Source of the DNA: an uncultured Gammaproteobacteria bacterium | Lineage (GTDB): Bacteria > Patescibacteriota > Patescibacteriia > XYB2-FULL-38-15 | Direction of reading: 5' to 3' | Assembly: GCA_965231095.1 (NCBI GenBank) | Contig: OZ246416.1 | Location: forward strand, 249,228 to 313,227 | DNA: 64,000 nt | Shown here: positions 38,503 through 48,265 of the stretch, one piece after another | How the letters are laid out: each line of letters begins with the position of its first letter | Numbering within the stretch: position 1 is the first letter of the stretch | The notes under the pieces: generated by a model | Seen by the model: only the letters and a program-made list of their open reading frames with translations | Databases searched by the model: none | Told to the model about the DNA's origin: nothing | Made by a program: the position numbers and the translations under genes

Positions 38503-39294
38503 TTATTCGAGTTTAAAATTAGCAACAAGATATCCAACGCCGAACGGCCCCTCATACGACAAAATTTCCGGTACGTAGTTTATTCTTTCGAGCAGCCCGA
38601 GAAGAATTAAAATTGAGCGCAGGCCGCATTCACCGGCTTTCTCCACCAAATCAACATCCAATTTTAAAATTCCCGCGGTGTTTTTATTGGTAATTAATTC
38701 TGTTAATTTATCATCAAATTCTTTTCCTCGCGGCGAATATCCGGCCGGCGCGTCTTTTGTCAGGTGATGGGAAAGATCTCCGGAAGCGATTACCGCGATT
38801 CTTTTATCTTCGTTTAAAATTATTTCTTTTAAAATATCCCCGAAATTAAAATGGGTTTTAAAATCAAGTAAAGAATATCCGAGAGGCAGAATGGAAACAT
38901 GGGGAAGATTTTTCGTCAAAAAATAAAGAGGGACAACCGCGCCGTGATCCAAAAATTCATCACTCGTCAGAGTAAGAGGAATATTTTTATCTTCCATTAA
39001 TTCTTTAATGCGGAAAGCCAGGGCGGTATTCGTTTTAAATTTAATTTTTGTGGAAAAATCTCCAAACTCTTCCAAATTACTCGCGTACTCGGGATTTAAA
39101 TTAATAGAGAAAGCGTCGGGCAAAAGCGAGCCGTGCGGGGAAATTATAATTACGGTATCGGGCTTGGCCGCGACAATTTTTTTTTCCAATTCCAAAAGCG
39201 CCTCGGCGGTTTTTTTAATTCTCTTTGTATTTTCCCGGCCGATAGCCGGGATTAAAATCGGGGGATGAGGAGTAATTGCCGCAAAAGTTAGCAT
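38503..39294 (-). CDS. amrB: AmmeMemoRadiSam system protein B (MEMO/LigB-like)
   Basis: PHPPILIP, ISPHG, DHG..VPLYF, ASGDLSH, AGECG, YEGPFGVGY. Confidence 0.9.
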   Translation of the reverse strand: MLTFAAITPHPPILIPAIGRENTKRIKKTAEALLELEKKIVAAKPDTVIIISPHGSLLPDAFSINLNPEYASNLEEFGDFSTKIKFKTNTALAFRIKELMEDKNIPLTLTSDEFLDHGAVVPLYFLTKNLPHVSILPLGYSLLDFKTHFNFGDILKEIILNEDKRIAVIASGDLSHHLTKDAPAGYSPRGKEFDDKLTELITNKNTAGILKLDVDLVEKAGECGLRSILILLGLLERINYVPEILSYEGPFGVGYLVANFKLE

Positions 39295-39315
39295 ATTTTC
39301 GTTAATTGTTAGCTC

Positions 39316-40716
39316 TTAATTGTTAACCGTTGTCTCAACCGCGCCGCCAAGATAAATTGTTGAACCGACCGGATGCAAAGACAAAATTTTATCCGTGGTT
39401 TTTATAATGTTTGTCCATTTGAAACCAAGCCCGTTAAAAACCTGTTCAGTGGGAATGGGGCGGCGTTCGCCGTTGGAAATAAAATAAACCGTCGGCGAAG
39501 TTTCTCCCACTACCAATTCGCCATCTTTAAATTTTATTGGTTCGCCGGTGGAATATTTTTTTAATTCATCGGGAGAAACAACCGTGATTTTTTTATTCGC
39601 AAAATATAGAGTTAAAAATTGTTTCGCCCAAATTGGTTTTTTAATTCCATTTTCCACGTAATAAACTCCTCCGGAAGTTTTATCTTGCAAGAGCGCGCCG
39701 GTTGGATAAATGCTCTGCATAGTAATCGGATCGTTTTCAATGTAGAGATTTAAATCTTCCCAGGTCGCGTCCATAACTTCTTCCGGATTAAATCCGATCG
39801 TGCGAAAAACTTCGTTTGAAGAAAATCCTCGCCGCGTGTCGCCGACCAAAAGATAAACCGTGCCGGCGGGCGAGCGGAGGAGGGAATAATCGGCAAATTT
39901 TATGGGCGTGCCGGTTTCGTAATTTTCCAACTCGCTTTTTGAAACAGTAATTAATTTATCCGGAGAATACCGCGAGACAAAAGCGGAATAACTTGAAAAT
40001 TGGCGTTTAAGGCCGCGCTGAAGTAACCAAATATTTGATCCATCAGCTTCTTTTAAAACCGTTCCATCGGGAAAAAATTTTCCAAACCAATCCTGCCAGA
40101 GTTTCCAAAAATTATAATTGCCGTGGTAGTGCGGGGTGTAAGTATAAAAAGCCGCGGTAGCCAAATTGTTTGGAGTGATTTTGTAAGTATCAATCAAATA
40201 AGTGACGCCGGGTAATTTCACCCAAGAAAGAGTAAGGGCGTTATCCAAAAACCATCGTTTCCAGCCGGCGGCGTAATCAACTTGCGTGGCAAACCCTTTG
40301 TATTTTTGCAAAGTGGGATCAGACATTGAGCAAGAATCACAAATTCCATAACCGGTCGCCCAATCAAGTTGCTTTTGTGTCGGAAGAGCGGTCGTCACCA
40401 AACTTTGTTCCTTTTGTAAAGTTACAAGCAAAACTTTTGGGCTGATTTTATAACTTTGAGCCACACGCCAAATAATTTCCGACGCGGTTCGGCCAAGTCC
40501 ATCCGTATCAATCGTCGCGTAATAGGCGAGCGAGCTGCCTTTATCTTCCAAAAATTTTTGAATTTGCGCTAAAGACATTGAAGAATGATCTGTTAACTCT
40601 TGGTCGGAAATAATATAGTTAGGATTGAATTCAGCCAGGGCAAAATTAATAAACAAAAGCTGGCTTAATACAAATATAGCCAAAATACGCATAAGCTTTG
40701 GTAGTTTTAATTTCAT
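39316..40716 (-). CDS. Secreted/surface protein with a conserved N-terminal domain and four C-terminal repeats
   Basis: Signal peptide; FNPNYIISD...LQKEQSL...YTYTPH domain; repeated DG.L.K...VY.I..G.KR/RR units. Confidence 0.85.
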   Translation of the reverse strand: MKLKLPKLMRILAIFVLSQLLFINFALAEFNPNYIISDQELTDHSSMSLAQIQKFLEDKGSSLAYYATIDTDGLGRTASEIIWRVAQSYKISPKVLLVTLQKEQSLVTTALPTQKQLDWATGYGICDSCSMSDPTLQKYKGFATQVDYAAGWKRWFLDNALTLSWVKLPGVTYLIDTYKITPNNLATAAFYTYTPHYHGNYNFWKLWQDWFGKFFPDGTVLKEADGSNIWLLQRGLKRQFSSYSAFVSRYSPDKLITVSKSELENYETGTPIKFADYSLLRSPAGTVYLLVGDTRRGFSSNEVFRTIGFNPEEVMDATWEDLNLYIENDPITMQSIYPTGALLQDKTSGGVYYVENGIKKPIWAKQFLTLYFANKKITVVSPDELKKYSTGEPIKFKDGELVVGETSPTVYFISNGERRPIPTEQVFNGLGFKWTNIIKTTDKILSLHPVGSTIYLGGAVETTVNN

Positions 40717-40849
40717 ATTTTCTATAAATAGTATAGCATATTTTCCCCTTGACAACAAATAAGTTATCTGTTATTATATAGCCATCTTGAAGTGGGGAAG
40801 TCCTTCACGGCGAAGGGCGACTTCTCCCTACGGAAGAAGGAGGAACAAG

Positions 40850-40933
40850 ATGACGAGAACCAGGTACGGGCCGTTCGCGCTGTCGTACAGCGCGGAAACA
40901 TTGGTCGCTTCCTCGTCGACTTCGGCGGCCTGA
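40850..40933 (+). CDS. 27-aa peptide or truncated gene (MTRTRYGPFALSYSAETLVASSSTSAA)
   Basis: TTGACA promoter, SD AAGGAGGA, followed by the 132-nt repeat. Confidence 0.4.
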   Translation: MTRTRYGPFALSYSAETLVASSSTSAA

Positions 40934-40948
40934 CCGGCGCCCCACCGG

Positions 40949-41080
40949 CGTCCTCCGTTCTCGGTGATCCATTCACACTAGGCATCGTCGTCCTGACAAT
41001 GCTACACCGAGGACAAAGTTCCTAACCCGTCTGCCGACCCAAGGTTCATCCAAGAATCTTTCTGGGTCGGCTTTTTTTAT
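40949..41080 (+). repeat. 132-nt structured 3' element with terminator, copy 1
   Basis: Direct repeat of 41800-41931; the last 99 nt differ at one position. Confidence 0.92.
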
Positions 41081-41184
41081 TTCAAATAAAATTTGACAAA
41101 AAATATAGTAAATGTAAAATGCGGAACATATAGTTTGAAAGCGGAACATGGGGTTCTGCTACGTGAAAGGGAAGGGAAAAGAAG

Positions 41185-41775
41185 ATGACGAAGATTCTGT
41201 TTGCGTTCTTGTTCGGGTTGCTGATCGTCGGCGCGGCAAATGCGTCGACCACCACCATCTATGGAACCGCCTGGGATGACGACATCACCGTGATGCGGTA
41301 CCACTACAGCGGCTTCCTGGTTGAGGGGGCATGCGTCAACAATACGTGGCACTTGGGCGGAGACGCCACGTCGAGCGATCTCATCTACGTGTACGGAGGG
41401 ACCGGTGATGACCGCATCGACGTGATCACCACGGATGGTGATTTTTTCGTCTGTGGGGGTGAGGCGAAGCGCGTCTACAGCCTCGACTACAGCTACGCGT
41501 GCCCAGGAGTTTTGCTCTCCGGAGATGATGACGACGATGTTCTCGTCGGCGGAGAATGTGCCGAGGTGCTCTCGGGTGGCGACGACAACGACACCTTATT
41601 CGGAGGGGCAGGTTGCGACTACCTCTATGGGGGTTGTGGCTCGGACTGCCTGTCGGACAGCAACGTCTGCACAGTCGACTGCGGCGAGTGCGGAACCGAC
41701 AACGACTCAGAGGCAACGCCCCTGTCTCCCTCGAGCTGCGAGAACTCCGCGATGTTCTGCTTCATCTCGGGGTGA
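41185..41775 (+). CDS. Secreted Cys/Asp-rich protein with RTX-like Ca-binding GGxGxD repeats
   Basis: Signal peptide; GGTGDD, GGDDND, GGAGCD, GGCGSD; many Cys. Confidence 0.8.
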   Translation: MTKILFAFLFGLLIVGAANASTTTIYGTAWDDDITVMRYHYSGFLVEGACVNNTWHLGGDATSSDLIYVYGGTGDDRIDVITTDGDFFVCGGEAKRVYSLDYSYACPGVLLSGDDDDDVLVGGECAEVLSGGDDNDTLFGGAGCDYLYGGCGSDCLSDSNVCTVDCGECGTDNDSEATPLSPSSCENSAMFCFISG

Positions 41776-41799
41776 CGAGGTCTGGGCTAGCAGCCTTTC

Positions 41800-41931
41800 C
41801 GTCCTCCACTCTCGGTGATCTATCTATATATAGCATCGTCGTCCTGACAATGCCACACCGAGGACAAAGTTCCTAACCCGTCTGCCGACCCAAGGTTCAT
41901 CCAAGAATCTTTCTGGGTCGGCTTTTTTTAT
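41800..41931 (+). repeat. 132-nt structured 3' element with terminator, copy 2
   Basis: Direct repeat of 40949-41080. Confidence 0.92.
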
Positions 41932-42027
41932 CTCTTGACGGAAAATTAAATATAATTTAACCTAAGCAAAAGGTTAGAAACCTTGACGCGAGGCAGTTCG
42001 CCCGCGTGGAAAAGGGAGGGAAGTAAC

Positions 42028-42279
42028 GTGGAAACTACGCTGTTCGCGATCTGGATCGTCGGGGTCGTCTTGGTTCTGGCGGCTGGGGTATGTTGGGAGT
42101 GGTGGCTCGAAGTTGAGGAGAGGAATCACGGGGAGCCGTGGTTCGGCACCGTCGTCTTCGTGGCTCTCATCTGGCCCGCACTTCTGTGCTTCTTTGTCTT
42201 GCCCATGGGGATCATGCGGGTTTGGGGCAAGGTAGAGGAGGTGATGGCGAGAAGGAGATTCGCGAGAGGAGAGTGGTAA
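42028..42279 (+). CDS. Small GC-rich 2-TM orphan
   Basis: GTG after SD AGGGAGGG; hydrophobic segments. Confidence 0.55.
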   Translation: METTLFAIWIVGVVLVLAAGVCWEWWLEVEERNHGEPWFGTVVFVALIWPALLCFFVLPMGIMRVWGKVEEVMARRRFARGEW

Positions 42280-42476
42280 TGATAGACATCCTTGGTCCGT
42301 TGATCGGCGTTGCGTTCGCCGCGGCGTTTGCTCTGGATCTTTGGTGCGAGCCGCTCCTGTTCGACACCTTCGGCACCTCTGGTGCGACCGGGTTCTGGGA
42401 GAACGGTGCCCAGACCCGTTGCACATTCGTCGAGACCGCTCCTGTTCGGATCGCTGGAGAGTGCTCGCTCGCTTGA
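42279..42476 (+). CDS. Small GC-rich orphan (65 aa), translationally coupled
   Basis: TAATG overlap with the previous ORF; SD GAGGAG. Confidence 0.5.
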   Translation: MIDILGPLIGVAFAAAFALDLWCEPLLFDTFGTSGATGFWENGAQTRCTFVETAPVRIAGECSLA

Positions 42477-42581
42477 TCGGCCCGGACAACGTAACCGTCG
42501 CGTTGGACACCCGGGCAAAATGAGGAATGGCGGCTTACCTGCGGCACGACGCCCCATCCGAGGGAAGGAAGGAACCCCGGC

Positions 42582-42857
42582 ATGATAAGTGCTGGAATCG
42601 TGCCTGCCCTCGTGCAGATCTGCGTCGGTGGTAACTGGGACGTCTGCTCTTACACTTCGCCGTTGTTTACGTCCGTCCATCACGACGGTCGTACGAACGA
42701 CCTCGACGGACGAGACGGTGTCTTCGAATGCTCGGAGGACGCTCCGCGCGTTCGCGACGAGGTGACGAGCGCCCGGCCAAGCGGAAGCCCGCTCCTGGCC
42801 GTTCGTACCAGTACACCGTGCAGTTCATGCGCGAGACAGGCACGCGCGCCGCCCTGA
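42582..42857 (+). CDS. Small GC-rich orphan (91 aa)
   Basis: SD-like GGAAGGAAGG; followed by a hairpin and T tract. Confidence 0.45.
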   Translation: MISAGIVPALVQICVGGNWDVCSYTSPLFTSVHHDGRTNDLDGRDGVFECSEDAPRVRDEVTSARPSGSPLLAVRTSTPCSSCARQARAPP

Positions 42858-42963
42858 CGTAACCCCGGCTTGTGAAGAGACCGAAATATCTTCCGAGCCG
42901 GGTCTTTTTTATGTCGCAAAAATTCAAAAATCCTAACCAATATGCTGGATAGGATTTTATGTT

Positions 42964-43014
42964 GGAGTCCCGATTTTAGTCGGGCAAAATTGCCCACTCT
43001 AAAGAGTGGATTCC
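42964..43014. repeat. Inverted pair of REP-like palindromes (TTTA/TAAA loops)
   Basis: GGAGTCCCGATTTTAGTCGGG and CCACTCTAAAGAGTGGATTCC; a related copy lies at 53440-53459. Confidence 0.55.
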
Positions 43015-43018
43015 GTTT

Positions 43019-45652
43019 TTATTTCACCGCGAAGGTGATTTTTTTATCTTTATCCAATCCGATGGCAACCTTATCTCCATCTTTTATTTTTCCTTCAATA
43101 ATCTGCATGGCTAATTCATCCAGAATCATATTTTGAATTACGCGTTTCAGCGGCCGGGCGCCAAAGAGCGGATCAAAACCCTTTTCCGCAAGCATTTTTT
43201 CTACCGCGTCAGAAATATCCAGTTTTATTTTTTTGGCATCAAGCCGTTTTTGCACTTCAGCCAATTGCAATTCAATAATTTTCCCAATTTCCGATTTCCC
43301 CAAACTTTTGAAAATCACAATCTCGTCAATGCGATTTAAAAATTCCAATTTAAACGTCTCGCGCAAAATTTCCATAATCTTGTCGCGCATTTCATTGTCG
43401 CGGCTTGCTTCCTGATTTTCTCCGTCACGAAATCCGATAGAGTAATCTCGTATAACTTGATTTCCTAAATTTGAGGTCATGATAATGATCGTGTTTTTGA
43501 AGTTCACGGTACGGCCGCGGCCATCGGTCAGGCGTCCGTCGTCTAAAATCTGGAGTAAAATATTAAAAACTTCCGGATGGGCTTTTTCAATTTCATCAAA
43601 AAGTACGACAGAATACGGCCGGCGGCGAATTGCTTCGGTTAATTGTCCGCCCTCGTCATAGCCAACATATCCGGGGGGAGAGCCGACAAGCCGCGCCACA
43701 GAATGCTTTTCCATATACTCTGACATATCAACTCGAACAAGCGCGTTTTCATCGTTAAACATAAATTCGGCCAGAGCTTTTGAAAGTTCGGTTTTTCCAA
43801 CTCCAGTCGGCCCGACAAAAATGAAGGAGCCGATTGGTTTCTTTTCTTCGGAAATTCCGGCGCGAGAACGGCGGAGGGCATTGGCAATGGTTTTGATTGC
43901 GTCTTTTTGGCCAATAACCCGACGCCGAAGTTCGTCTTCGGCGTGCGCCAATTTTTCCACTTCACCTTGGAGCATTTTCGAAACCGGAACGCCGGTCCAG
44001 CGGGAAACAACCTTGGCAATATCTTCATCAGTGACTTCTTCGCGCAAAATTCTTTTTTCCCGCGGCGTCTTTTTAAGTTTCTTTTCAAGTGCGATAATTT
44101 CTTTTTCCAATTCGGGAATTTTTCCATAGCGAATCTCGGCGACTTTTTCCAATTCACTTTTCCGCTCGGCAATATCGGCCTGCTGTTTGGCCGCGTCAAT
44201 TTGTTTTTGAGCTTTTCTGATTTGACTGATTAAGTCCTTTTCATAACGCCAGCCGATTTCCAATTCTTTTGATTTTTCCTGCAATTCAGCCAATTCTTTA
44301 TTTAATTTTTTTAACTCATCTTTAACGTCTTCATTCTTTTCTTTCAAAAGAGCCTGGCGTTCAATCTCCGACTTCATCATTTTTCGTTTCAGTTGATCAA
44401 GCTCGGTGGGCATAGAATCAATTTCCATCCGGAGAGCGGAAGTCGCTTCGTCAATTAAATCAACCGCTTTGTCCGGCAAAAAACGGTCGGAAATATAGCG
44501 ATGCGAAAGAGTCGCCGCCGCGATAATCGCCGCGTCGGTAATTTTTACGCCATGATGAACTTCATATTTTTCTTTAATGCCGCGCAAAATCGCAATCGTA
44601 TCTTCGACTGACGGCTCTCCAACGTAAACCGGTTGAAAACGTCGTTCTAGAGCCGCATCTTTTTCAACGTACTTGTGATATTCTTTTAAAGTTGTCGCCC
44701 CGATTGTATGGAGTTCGCCGCGAGCGAGGGCCGGTTTTAACATATTTGAAGCATCCATCGCCCCCTCAATCGCTCCGGCGCCAACAATCGTGTGCAGCTC
44801 GTCAATAAATAAAACAATTTTTCCGGCGGCTTGTTTTACTTCTTTAATTACAGCTTTCAGGCGGTCTTCAAACTCGCCGCGAAATTTTGTTCCGGCCAGC
44901 AATGATCCCAAATCCAGGGAAATTAATTCTTTATCTTTCAAACTTTCTGGCACGTCACCGGCGACAATTCTTTGCGCCAAACCTTCAACAATCGCGGTTT
45001 TCCCCGTGCCCGCCTCACCAATCAAAACCGGATTATTTTTTGTCCGGCGGGAAAGAACTTGCATCACACGGCGGATTTCTTCGTCACGGCCAATGACCGG
45101 ATCCAATTTTTTCCCTCGAGCCAGTTCGGTAAGATTAATTGTATATTTTTCCAAAACTTGATATTTCGCTTCCGGTTCCGGAGAGTCAACTTTTTGCGTG
45201 CCACGAACTTCAACTAAAACTTTAAGCGCACCATCATAAGTAACGCCTGCGTTAAATAAAATTTCCCCAGCCCGACTTTTTACGCCAACTAATCCTAAAA
45301 GTAGATGCTCAGTACTGATATATTCATCTTTCATTTTTTTGGTTTCTTTTTCCACGGCGTAAAAAACCTGAACCATTTCCTGGCCAACATTCATCTGCGC
45401 CATACCACCCTGGCGCCGGCCGGAATGTTTTGGCAATTTTTGAAATTCTTCGGAAATTTTTTGTTTCAAATCTCCGACGTTAATTCCTAATTTTTGAAGT
45501 AGAGAGCCGACAATTCCGCCCTCCTGATCCAAAAGCGCGGAAAGGACATGGAGCGGATCTAAATACTGATGATTATATTCAAAAACCAACCCCTGGGCCG
45601 CCTGAAGAGCTTCTTGGGATTTGGTGGTAAAATTTTGCGGAAGCATTGGCAT
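43019..45652 (-). CDS. clpB: ATP-dependent chaperone ClpB
   Basis: Two AAA+ modules ([16 protein letters not shown]) with a coiled-coil M domain; 877 aa. Confidence 0.97.
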   Translation of the reverse strand: MPMLPQNFTTKSQEALQAAQGLVFEYNHQYLDPLHVLSALLDQEGGIVGSLLQKLGINVGDLKQKISEEFQKLPKHSGRRQGGMAQMNVGQEMVQVFYAVEKETKKMKDEYISTEHLLLGLVGVKSRAGEILFNAGVTYDGALKVLVEVRGTQKVDSPEPEAKYQVLEKYTINLTELARGKKLDPVIGRDEEIRRVMQVLSRRTKNNPVLIGEAGTGKTAIVEGLAQRIVAGDVPESLKDKELISLDLGSLLAGTKFRGEFEDRLKAVIKEVKQAAGKIVLFIDELHTIVGAGAIEGAMDASNMLKPALARGELHTIGATTLKEYHKYVEKDAALERRFQPVYVGEPSVEDTIAILRGIKEKYEVHHGVKITDAAIIAAATLSHRYISDRFLPDKAVDLIDEATSALRMEIDSMPTELDQLKRKMMKSEIERQALLKEKNEDVKDELKKLNKELAELQEKSKELEIGWRYEKDLISQIRKAQKQIDAAKQQADIAERKSELEKVAEIRYGKIPELEKEIIALEKKLKKTPREKRILREEVTDEDIAKVVSRWTGVPVSKMLQGEVEKLAHAEDELRRRVIGQKDAIKTIANALRRSRAGISEEKKPIGSFIFVGPTGVGKTELSKALAEFMFNDENALVRVDMSEYMEKHSVARLVGSPPGYVGYDEGGQLTEAIRRRPYSVVLFDEIEKAHPEVFNILLQILDDGRLTDGRGRTVNFKNTIIIMTSNLGNQVIRDYSIGFRDGENQEASRDNEMRDKIMEILRETFKLEFLNRIDEIVIFKSLGKSEIGKIIELQLAEVQKRLDAKKIKLDISDAVEKMLAEKGFDPLFGARPLKRVIQNMILDELAMQIIEGKIKDGDKVAIGLDKDKKITFAVK

Positions 45653-45661
45653 ATTTATAAA

Positions 45662-45688
45662 TTAGCAGTCATTGATTTAGAGTGCTAA
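45662..45688. promoter_or_regulatory. CIRCE element (HrcA operator) upstream of clpB
   Basis: TTAGCAGTC-N9-GAGTGCTAA, one mismatch to consensus TTAGCACTC-N9-GAGTGCTAA. Confidence 0.9.
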
Positions 45689-45824
45689 CTATATTTTACA
45701 ACTTCTAAAAATACTGTCAAGACCAAAAAGAAAGAGCCCAATTCTGTCATTTTACGATAATGTTATTATAAATATATTAAACAAAAACCCGCGCCACCTG
45801 ACGCGGGCAGGGGAGAAATTATTT

Positions 45825-46166
45825 TTATTTATCTGTTTTTCCGGAATTTTTTTGTCTCTCTTCTAGTTTTTTAAGAACTTCCAAGGCGATTCGCGTTACG
45901 TCCTTCAAAACCATGTCTAAGCTCTGGATTGAAGTCCAAAGAATCCTTCTCGCACCCACGTAACTTTCAACGTCCGCTCGGCTTCCTAAATCCGGATACT
46001 CGCCATTGTTATTTTTCGCATATTCTTCAAAGCTCATCCCAAAAGCCGCTTCTAAACCCGCAAGTTGTCTTTCTCTTTTTGCTTTCAATTCCCCAGAAAC
46101 CGTCGGCCTTTCCTCAACTTTCGGCCCGTCTTGTCTCATCGCCGACCTTCCTTTTTCCATGGTCAT
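45825..46166 (-). CDS. Hypothetical protein
   Basis: 113-aa ORF co-oriented downstream of amrS. Confidence 0.6.
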   Translation of the reverse strand: MTMEKGRSAMRQDGPKVEERPTVSGELKAKRERQLAGLEAAFGMSFEEYAKNNNGEYPDLGSRADVESYVGARRILWTSIQSLDMVLKDVTRIALEVLKKLEERQKNSGKTDK

Positions 46167-46185
46167 ATTTTTTAAAAATTAATAT

Positions 46186-47208
46186 TTATTTTAAAATTAA
46201 ATTTAAATCTTCTCCGCATTTGGCGCATTTACCATTTTTATCATGACGCACAATTTCATATCCATGACGTTCAACCATTTTTACTCCGCACTTTGGGCAA
46301 AATGTTGTTTCGTATTCTGGCAGCGCCACATTGTCTAAGTAAACGTATTTTAGTCCGGATCTCTTTCCGACTTCCCGAGCTTCAATGAGTGACGACGGGG
46401 GAGTGGGCGGCAAATCTCGCAGTCTGTAGGTTGGAAAAAATTTGGAAATATGCCAGGGAGTTTCCCTTCCCAATTCTTTGGCGATAAAATTGGCAATGCC
46501 TTCAAAATGTTCTGCCGTATCATTTCCTCCGGGTACAACAAGAGTTGTAACTTCCACCCAAACTCCGCCTTGTTTTATGATTTTTAAAGTTTGCAAAACC
46601 GGCTTTAATTTCGCTCCGCAGACCGTGTAATAAAATTTTTCAGTAAAACCTTTAAGATCAATATTTACCGCGTCAAGATAGGGGATTGCTTCGGTTAAAA
46701 CTTCGCGGCTCGTGTAGCCATTTGACACCCAAACATTTTTTAAATTATTTTTTCGCGCGAGTTTCATTGTCTCCAGGGCAAACTCAATAAAAATTGTCGG
46801 CTCGGAATAAGTGTAAGAAATTGACGGCGCTCCGGAAAGCAAGGCCTCGCTCACAACTTCTTCCGGCGTCATATCTTGGCCCGGGACATTTTCTTCCCTT
46901 AAGTCGCTCTCTTTGGGCATTTGGGCAATGTCCGCGTTTTGGCAATAAAGGCATCTAAAATTACATCCAACCGTGGCGATGGATAAACTTTTCGTCCCGG
47001 GCAAAAAATGGAAAAGAGGTTTTTTCTCAATCGGGTCAATATTTTTGGCAATTACTTTTCCATAAACTAATGAATAAAGCGTGCCGTCAATATTTCGCCG
47101 CACAGAACAAATTCCGCGCCGCCCGGGAGAAATTTGGCAATAATGATTACAGGCCTGGCATTGAACCTTTTGTTCCTCTAATTTTTTATAAAATTGTGCC
47201 TCTTTCAT
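46186..47208 (-). CDS. amrS: AmmeMemoRadiSam system radical SAM enzyme
   Basis: CQACNHYC...C, DPIEKKPLFHF.PG, GCNFRCLYCQN, C-terminal CPKC/CAKC; ATG at 47208. Confidence 0.93.
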   Translation of the reverse strand: MKEAQFYKKLEEQKVQCQACNHYCQISPGRRGICSVRRNIDGTLYSLVYGKVIAKNIDPIEKKPLFHFLPGTKSLSIATVGCNFRCLYCQNADIAQMPKESDLREENVPGQDMTPEEVVSEALLSGAPSISYTYSEPTIFIEFALETMKLARKNNLKNVWVSNGYTSREVLTEAIPYLDAVNIDLKGFTEKFYYTVCGAKLKPVLQTLKIIKQGGVWVEVTTLVVPGGNDTAEHFEGIANFIAKELGRETPWHISKFFPTYRLRDLPPTPPSSLIEAREVGKRSGLKYVYLDNVALPEYETTFCPKCGVKMVERHGYEIVRHDKNGKCAKCGEDLNLILK

Positions 47209-47286
47209 ACTATACGATTGTACCAAAAATTTGTAAAAAAATAAACCGACGCTTCCTCCCTTGCGTCGGTAATGTTCTTTCGCAGA

Positions 47287-47475
47287 TCACTTCTTCTCTT
47301 CCCATCCGCGCGCGATCAGTTCGGCATCATGCATGGTGAGTTTCCGCGAGTTGAAGCGCAACCCCCGAAAAACGTCGGGCGGCAACTTCTCGCGCAGGTA
47401 GCGCAAAGCGGCTTCCGTCTCACCGTGCCGATCGCCTTGCGTCACACCCTTCTGTCCACCTTGTTGCTTTGTCAT
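47287..47475 (-). CDS. Small GC-rich orphan (62 aa)
   Basis: SD GGAGG; last gene of a 3-gene cassette. Confidence 0.55.
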   Translation of the reverse strand: MTKQQGGQKGVTQGDRHGETEAALRYLREKLPPDVFRGLRFNSRKLTMHDAELIARGWEEKK

Positions 47476-47489
47476 TTTTTCCTCCGATT

Positions 47490-47957
47490 CTACGCCGCCT
47501 CACCCCGTGGAACTACGCCGCAGTCCGGACACTGGATGATCCGCTCGAACGACTTTGTGTACGTCCCGAAGGCGTGCTTGTTTCCGCAGCGGGGACAGGC
47601 GAGATCGTACTTGATCCAGTGAACGTGCTTCTCCCAGTCGCAAATCAAACATCGCAGAACAAAATACGGCGGCTTCATCTCCCTGGTCTGCATGCCGTTG
47701 TGTCCGCACCTTTGGCAAAAAAAGCCCGTGTCGCAGTGAACGCAGTGACCCTTGCCATCTGCCGGAATGGCGCAAACATGAGGATGGTGTTGCGGCGAAA
47801 TTTGCAGCCGCGCCCTTGTCAGGCGACTTTCGGCAGCCGCGCCTATCCCGACACGAACCACGCAAGCGTGACACTGCGAGCAAAGCCCTCCTTGCTTCCG
47901 CGGATGCCCGCAATTCGGGCAAGGATCTCCGTCGTATTTACCCCAAGAGTCTTCCAT
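47490..47957 (-). CDS. Multi-CxxC zinc-finger-like orphan protein
   Basis: ATG at 47957 after GGAG; CPNC, CSQC, CVHC, CQRC, CLIC, CPRC, CPDC. Confidence 0.7.
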   Translation of the reverse strand: MEDSWGKYDGDPCPNCGHPRKQGGLCSQCHACVVRVGIGAAAESRLTRARLQISPQHHPHVCAIPADGKGHCVHCDTGFFCQRCGHNGMQTREMKPPYFVLRCLICDWEKHVHWIKYDLACPRCGNKHAFGTYTKSFERIIQCPDCGVVPRGEAA

Positions 47958-47967
47958 TTTTTCTCTC

Positions 47968-48147
47968 CTATCCGGAAACGTTCGGTCCGTAGATGGTCCG
48001 ATACGCCTCTTCAAAACGCGCACCTTCGCGTACTTTTACGGCGCGGAGTGCCGCAGTCCAAAACACAACAGACGCGCGCTCCTCAAACGACAAATTTCTC
48101 CACCACCTGAGAACTTCGCGTTGTTTTTGAGTTTCCTTCCTAGCCAT
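47968..48147 (-). CDS. Small basic orphan (59 aa, missed by the ORF track)
   Basis: SD AAGGAGG; MARKETQKQREVLRWWRNLSFEER...GPNVSG*. Confidence 0.55.
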   Translation of the reverse strand: MARKETQKQREVLRWWRNLSFEERASVVFWTAALRAVKVREGARFEEAYRTIYGPNVSG

Positions 48148-48265
48148 TTTTCCTCCTTTTCTACCATAAATCTATCAAAAAACCTAAATTTAGTCAATCC
48201 CCAAAAGTTTGCCTAAAATTATAAAAAATGCTACAATTTTATACTAAATACTTTATGACATATTA

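Noticed and set aside
40949-41931. CRISPR array or DGR template/variable repeat
   Set aside because: Only two 132-nt copies 851 bp apart, no regular spacers or cas genes, and the differences are not restricted to adenines.
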